From Macrostomum lignano (Eukaryota), in contig NIVC01002011.1 in assembly GCA_002269645.1 (NCBI GenBank), positions 62,001-126,000 of the forward strand: DNA of 64,000 nt. Reading direction: 5' to 3'. The notes under the pieces were generated by a model. The model ran no database searches. It had not been told where the DNA came from and saw only the letters and a list, made by a program, of their open reading frames with translations. The position numbers were made by a program, and so were the translations under genes. Position 1 is the first letter of the stretch. Each line of letters starts with the position of its first letter. Shown piece by piece: positions 60,831-64,000 of the stretch.

Positions 60831-61095
60831 CGATTCTCTTTTACTATTTAGCTCACTAATACTATTCACTTGCATAATTTGTGAGTATCTGTATTGTTTT
60901 CGTATGCTACTTATAGTATTGTTCATGTAATTTGTATTTTTTCACACATATAATTAATTCAAAAATCCAATTAAGGGAAGCCAGTTGTAATAGGGTCGAT
61001 CTTTTATTCTTACTAATAGTAGTTTTAAGCGGGTTTAATGAGCTATTTTTACTCAGCCAATCAGTAAATTTCCTTGTTTAAATCCCTTAATTATT

Positions 61096-61730
61096 TCCTA
61101 TATACTAAAAATGGTCTGTCTGTGTCTATCTATCTATCTATCTATCTATGTGATCGATTAGAGAAAAAATGGCCGGACCGATTTTGTTCGAACTTGCACT
61201 GTTCGATCAGAAATTTTCCCGTGACTGTACATGCATCGTGGCTAAGAAATTGCTCGATGCTAAAGGCATTAAATATTCGAAAAACATGCTTTTTTGCAAA
61301 GGTCAAGCAAACTTTTCGACTTGAAATGCATTGTAAGAATGCTAGAGAAAAAACTGACTGGTTGAATTCTGATTCTGAAATAGATTGCATCATAACTGAA
61401 TTGTAACTCCGACTTGAATTGAAAATGCAGTGTGGAAGCGGACACCAGACTTGATTTAAATTGCGTAACCATATTGTTAACTGATACTGACTGACTGAGA
61501 AACTGATTATGTCATAACTGCTTCGTGTAATTTACTCTATGCTTGGATTTTAAACTGTTGAATTATATATATATAAGTGCAAAATTTGATGTTATCAAAA
61601 CGATAAGAGCTAGCCTAGAGGTGAACAAACTGAACTGCTAAATGCAGCGACGATGGTTCATATTTTCATAGAGTGGAATTTTTTTAATTAAAGCTTTTCA
61701 ACGTCAGGAAAACTAAAAGACTTTAAAAAA
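61096..61730 (+). mobile_element. Helitron-like element 5' portion inserted in the Gypsy 3' LTR
   Basis: TCCTATATACTAAAAATGGTCTGTC...(TATC)n; homologous to the reverse complement of 37250-37922; tRNA-like GAGCTAGCCTAGAG at 61607. Confidence 0.75.
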
Positions 61731-64000
61731 AAGCGTCATATAAAAATCATAGATGCGTCATTTAAAAAATCATAGAAGCGTCATGTAAACAATCATAGAA
61801 GCGTCATGTAAAAAATCGTAGAAGCGTCATATAAAAATCGTAGAAGCGTCATGTAAACAATCATAGAAGCGTCATGTAAAAAATCATAGAAGCGTCATGT
61901 AAACAATCATAAAAGCGTCATGTAAACAATCATAGAAGCGTCATGTAAAAAATCGTAGAAGCGTCATGTAAACAATCATAGAAGCGTCATGTAAAAAATC
62001 GTAGAAGCGTCATGTAAACAATCATAGAAGCGTCATGTAAACAATCATAGAAGCGTCATGTAAAAAATCGTAGAAGCGTCATATAAAAATCGTAGAAGCG
62101 TCATTTAAAAAATCATAGAAGCGTCATGTAAAAAATCATAGAAGCGTCATGTAAACAATCATAGAAGCGTCATGTAAACAATCATAGAAGCGTCATGTAA
62201 AAAATCGTAGAAGCGTCATGTAAACAATCATAGAAGCGTCATGTAAAAAATCGTAGAAGCGTCATGTAAACAATCATAGAAGCGTCATGTAAACAATCAT
62301 AGAAGCGTCATGTAAAAAATCGTAGAAGCGTCATATAAAAATCATAGAAGCGTCATGTAAAAAATCGTAGAAGCGTCATGTAAAAAATCGTAGAAGCGTC
62401 ATATAAAAATCGTAGAAGCGTCATGTAAACAATGATAGAAGCGTCATGTAAAAAATCATAGAAGCGTCATTGAAAAATCATAGAAGCGTCTTTTAAAAAA
62501 TCATAGAAGCGTCATATAAAATCGTAGAAGCGTCATGTAAACAATCATAGAAGCGTCATGTAAACAATCATAGAAGCGTCATGTAAAAAATCATAAAAGC
62601 GTCATGTAAAAATCATAGTAGCGTCATGTAAACAATCATAGAAGCGTCATGTAAAAAATCGTAGAAGCGTCATGTAAAAAATCGTAGAAGCGTCATATAA
62701 AAATCATAGAAGCGTCATATAAAAATCATAGAAGCGTCATGTAAACAATCATAGAAGCGTCATGTAAAAAATCGTAGAAGCGTCATGTAAACAATCATAG
62801 AAGCGTCATGTAAACAATCATAGAAGTGTCATGTGAACAATCATAGAAGCGCCATGTAAAAAATCATAGAAGCGTCATGTAAACAATCATAGAAGCGTCA
62901 TGTAAACAATCATAGAAGTGTCATGTGAACAATCATAGAAGCGTCATGTAAACAATCATAGAAGCGTCATGTAAAAAATCTTAGAAGCGTCATGTAAACA
63001 ATCATAGAAGCGTCATGTAAACAATCATAGAATCGTCATGTAAAAAATCGTAGAAGCGCCATGTAAACAATCATAGAAGCGTCATGTAAACAATCATAGA
63101 AGCGTCATGTAAACAATCATAGAAGCGTCATGTAAACAATCATAGAAGCGTCATGTAAACAATCATAGAAGCGTCATGTAAACAATCATAGAAGCGTCAT
63201 GTAAACAATCATAGAAGCGTCGTGTAAACAATGATAGAAGCGTCATGTAAAAAATCATAGAAGCGTCATTGAAAAATCATAGAAGCGTCTTTTAAAAAAT
63301 CATAGAAGCGTCATATAAAATCGTAGAAGCGTCATGTAAACAATCATAGAAGCGTCATGTAAACAATCATAGAAGCGTCATGTAAAAAATCATAAAAGCG
63401 TCATGTAAAAATCATAGTAGCGTCATGTAAAAATCATAGAAGCGTCATGTAAACAATCATAGAAGCGTCATGTAAACAATCATAGAAGCGTCATGTAAAC
63501 AATCATAGAAGCGTCATGTAGAGAATCATAGAAGCGTCATGTAAACAATCATAGAAGCGTCATGTAAAAAATCGTAGAAGCGTCATATAAAAATCGTAGA
63601 AGCGTCATTTAAAAAATCATAGAAGCGTCATGTAAAAAATCATAGAAGCGTCCTGTAAACAATCATAGAAGCGTCATGTAAACAATCATAGAAGCGTCAT
63701 GTAAAAAATCGTAGAAGCGTCATGTAAACAATCATAGAAGCGTCATGTAAAAAATCGTAGAAGCGTCATGTAAACAATCATAGAAGCGTCATGTAAACAA
63801 TCATAGAAGCGTCATGTAAAAAATCGTAGAAGCGTCATATAAAAATCATAGAAGCGTCATGTAAAAAATCGTAGAAGCGTCATGTAAAAAATCGTAGAAG
63901 CGTCATATAAAAATCGTAGAAGCGTCATGTAAACAATGATAGAAGCGTCATGTAAAAAATCATAGAAGCGTCATTGAAAAATCATAGAAGCGTCTTTTAA
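61731..64000 (+). repeat. 23-bp minisatellite (GAAGCGTCATGTAAA(C/A)AATC(A/G)TA)n, about 98 units, running off the window
   Basis: Direct reading. Confidence 0.98.

Larger units (their letters stand above)
53141..61096 (+). mobile_element. Near-complete Gypsy/Ty3 LTR retrotransposon with extra ORF3; 3' LTR truncated
   Basis: LTR starts TGTAATAGGG at 53141 and 60986; the first 111 bp are identical. PPT-like AAGGGAAGCCAG at 60973-60984; gag, pol and ORF3 lie between. Confidence 0.95.

Overview
Eukaryotic (metazoan invertebrate-type) DNA that is almost entirely repetitive: a stack of nested transposable elements and minisatellites. No prokaryotic features, CRISPR array or rRNA were seen, and no conventional host gene could be supported. 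The short-period minisatellites and mix of TE families would fit a flatworm such as Macrostomum, but that is only a guess. Two elements are near-intact. (i) A Gypsy/Ty3 LTR retrotransposon (53141-61096) with an uninterrupted 1605-codon pol frame, a canonical GGGAAAC -1 frameshift site with a downstream stem-loop, and an extra sense ORF3 that has its own CCAAT/CCAAT/G-box/TATA promoter. (ii) A CACTA/EnSpm DNA transposon (42563-48029) with TIRs, a TA TSD, a transposase and a spliced DUF4806-like gene. Decayed or partial elements include a Helitron helicase, three LINE 3' parts, further Gypsy pieces, BEL/Pao, Crypton-type tyrosine recombinase, mariner, piggyBac, MULE, an hAT-like MITE and several solo LTRs. 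A family of non-autonomous Helitron-like elements (TC 5' end, hairpin+CTAG 3' end, tRNA-like module) recurs four times and carries 23-, 24- or 30-bp satellite arrays. Unusual cargo: an AlkB-like ORF, an RPA70-like OB-fold gene divergent from a small spliced zinc-knuckle/polyQ gene that was hit by a LINE, and a BEN-domain fragment. All family calls are from motif recognition by eye; no database search was run.
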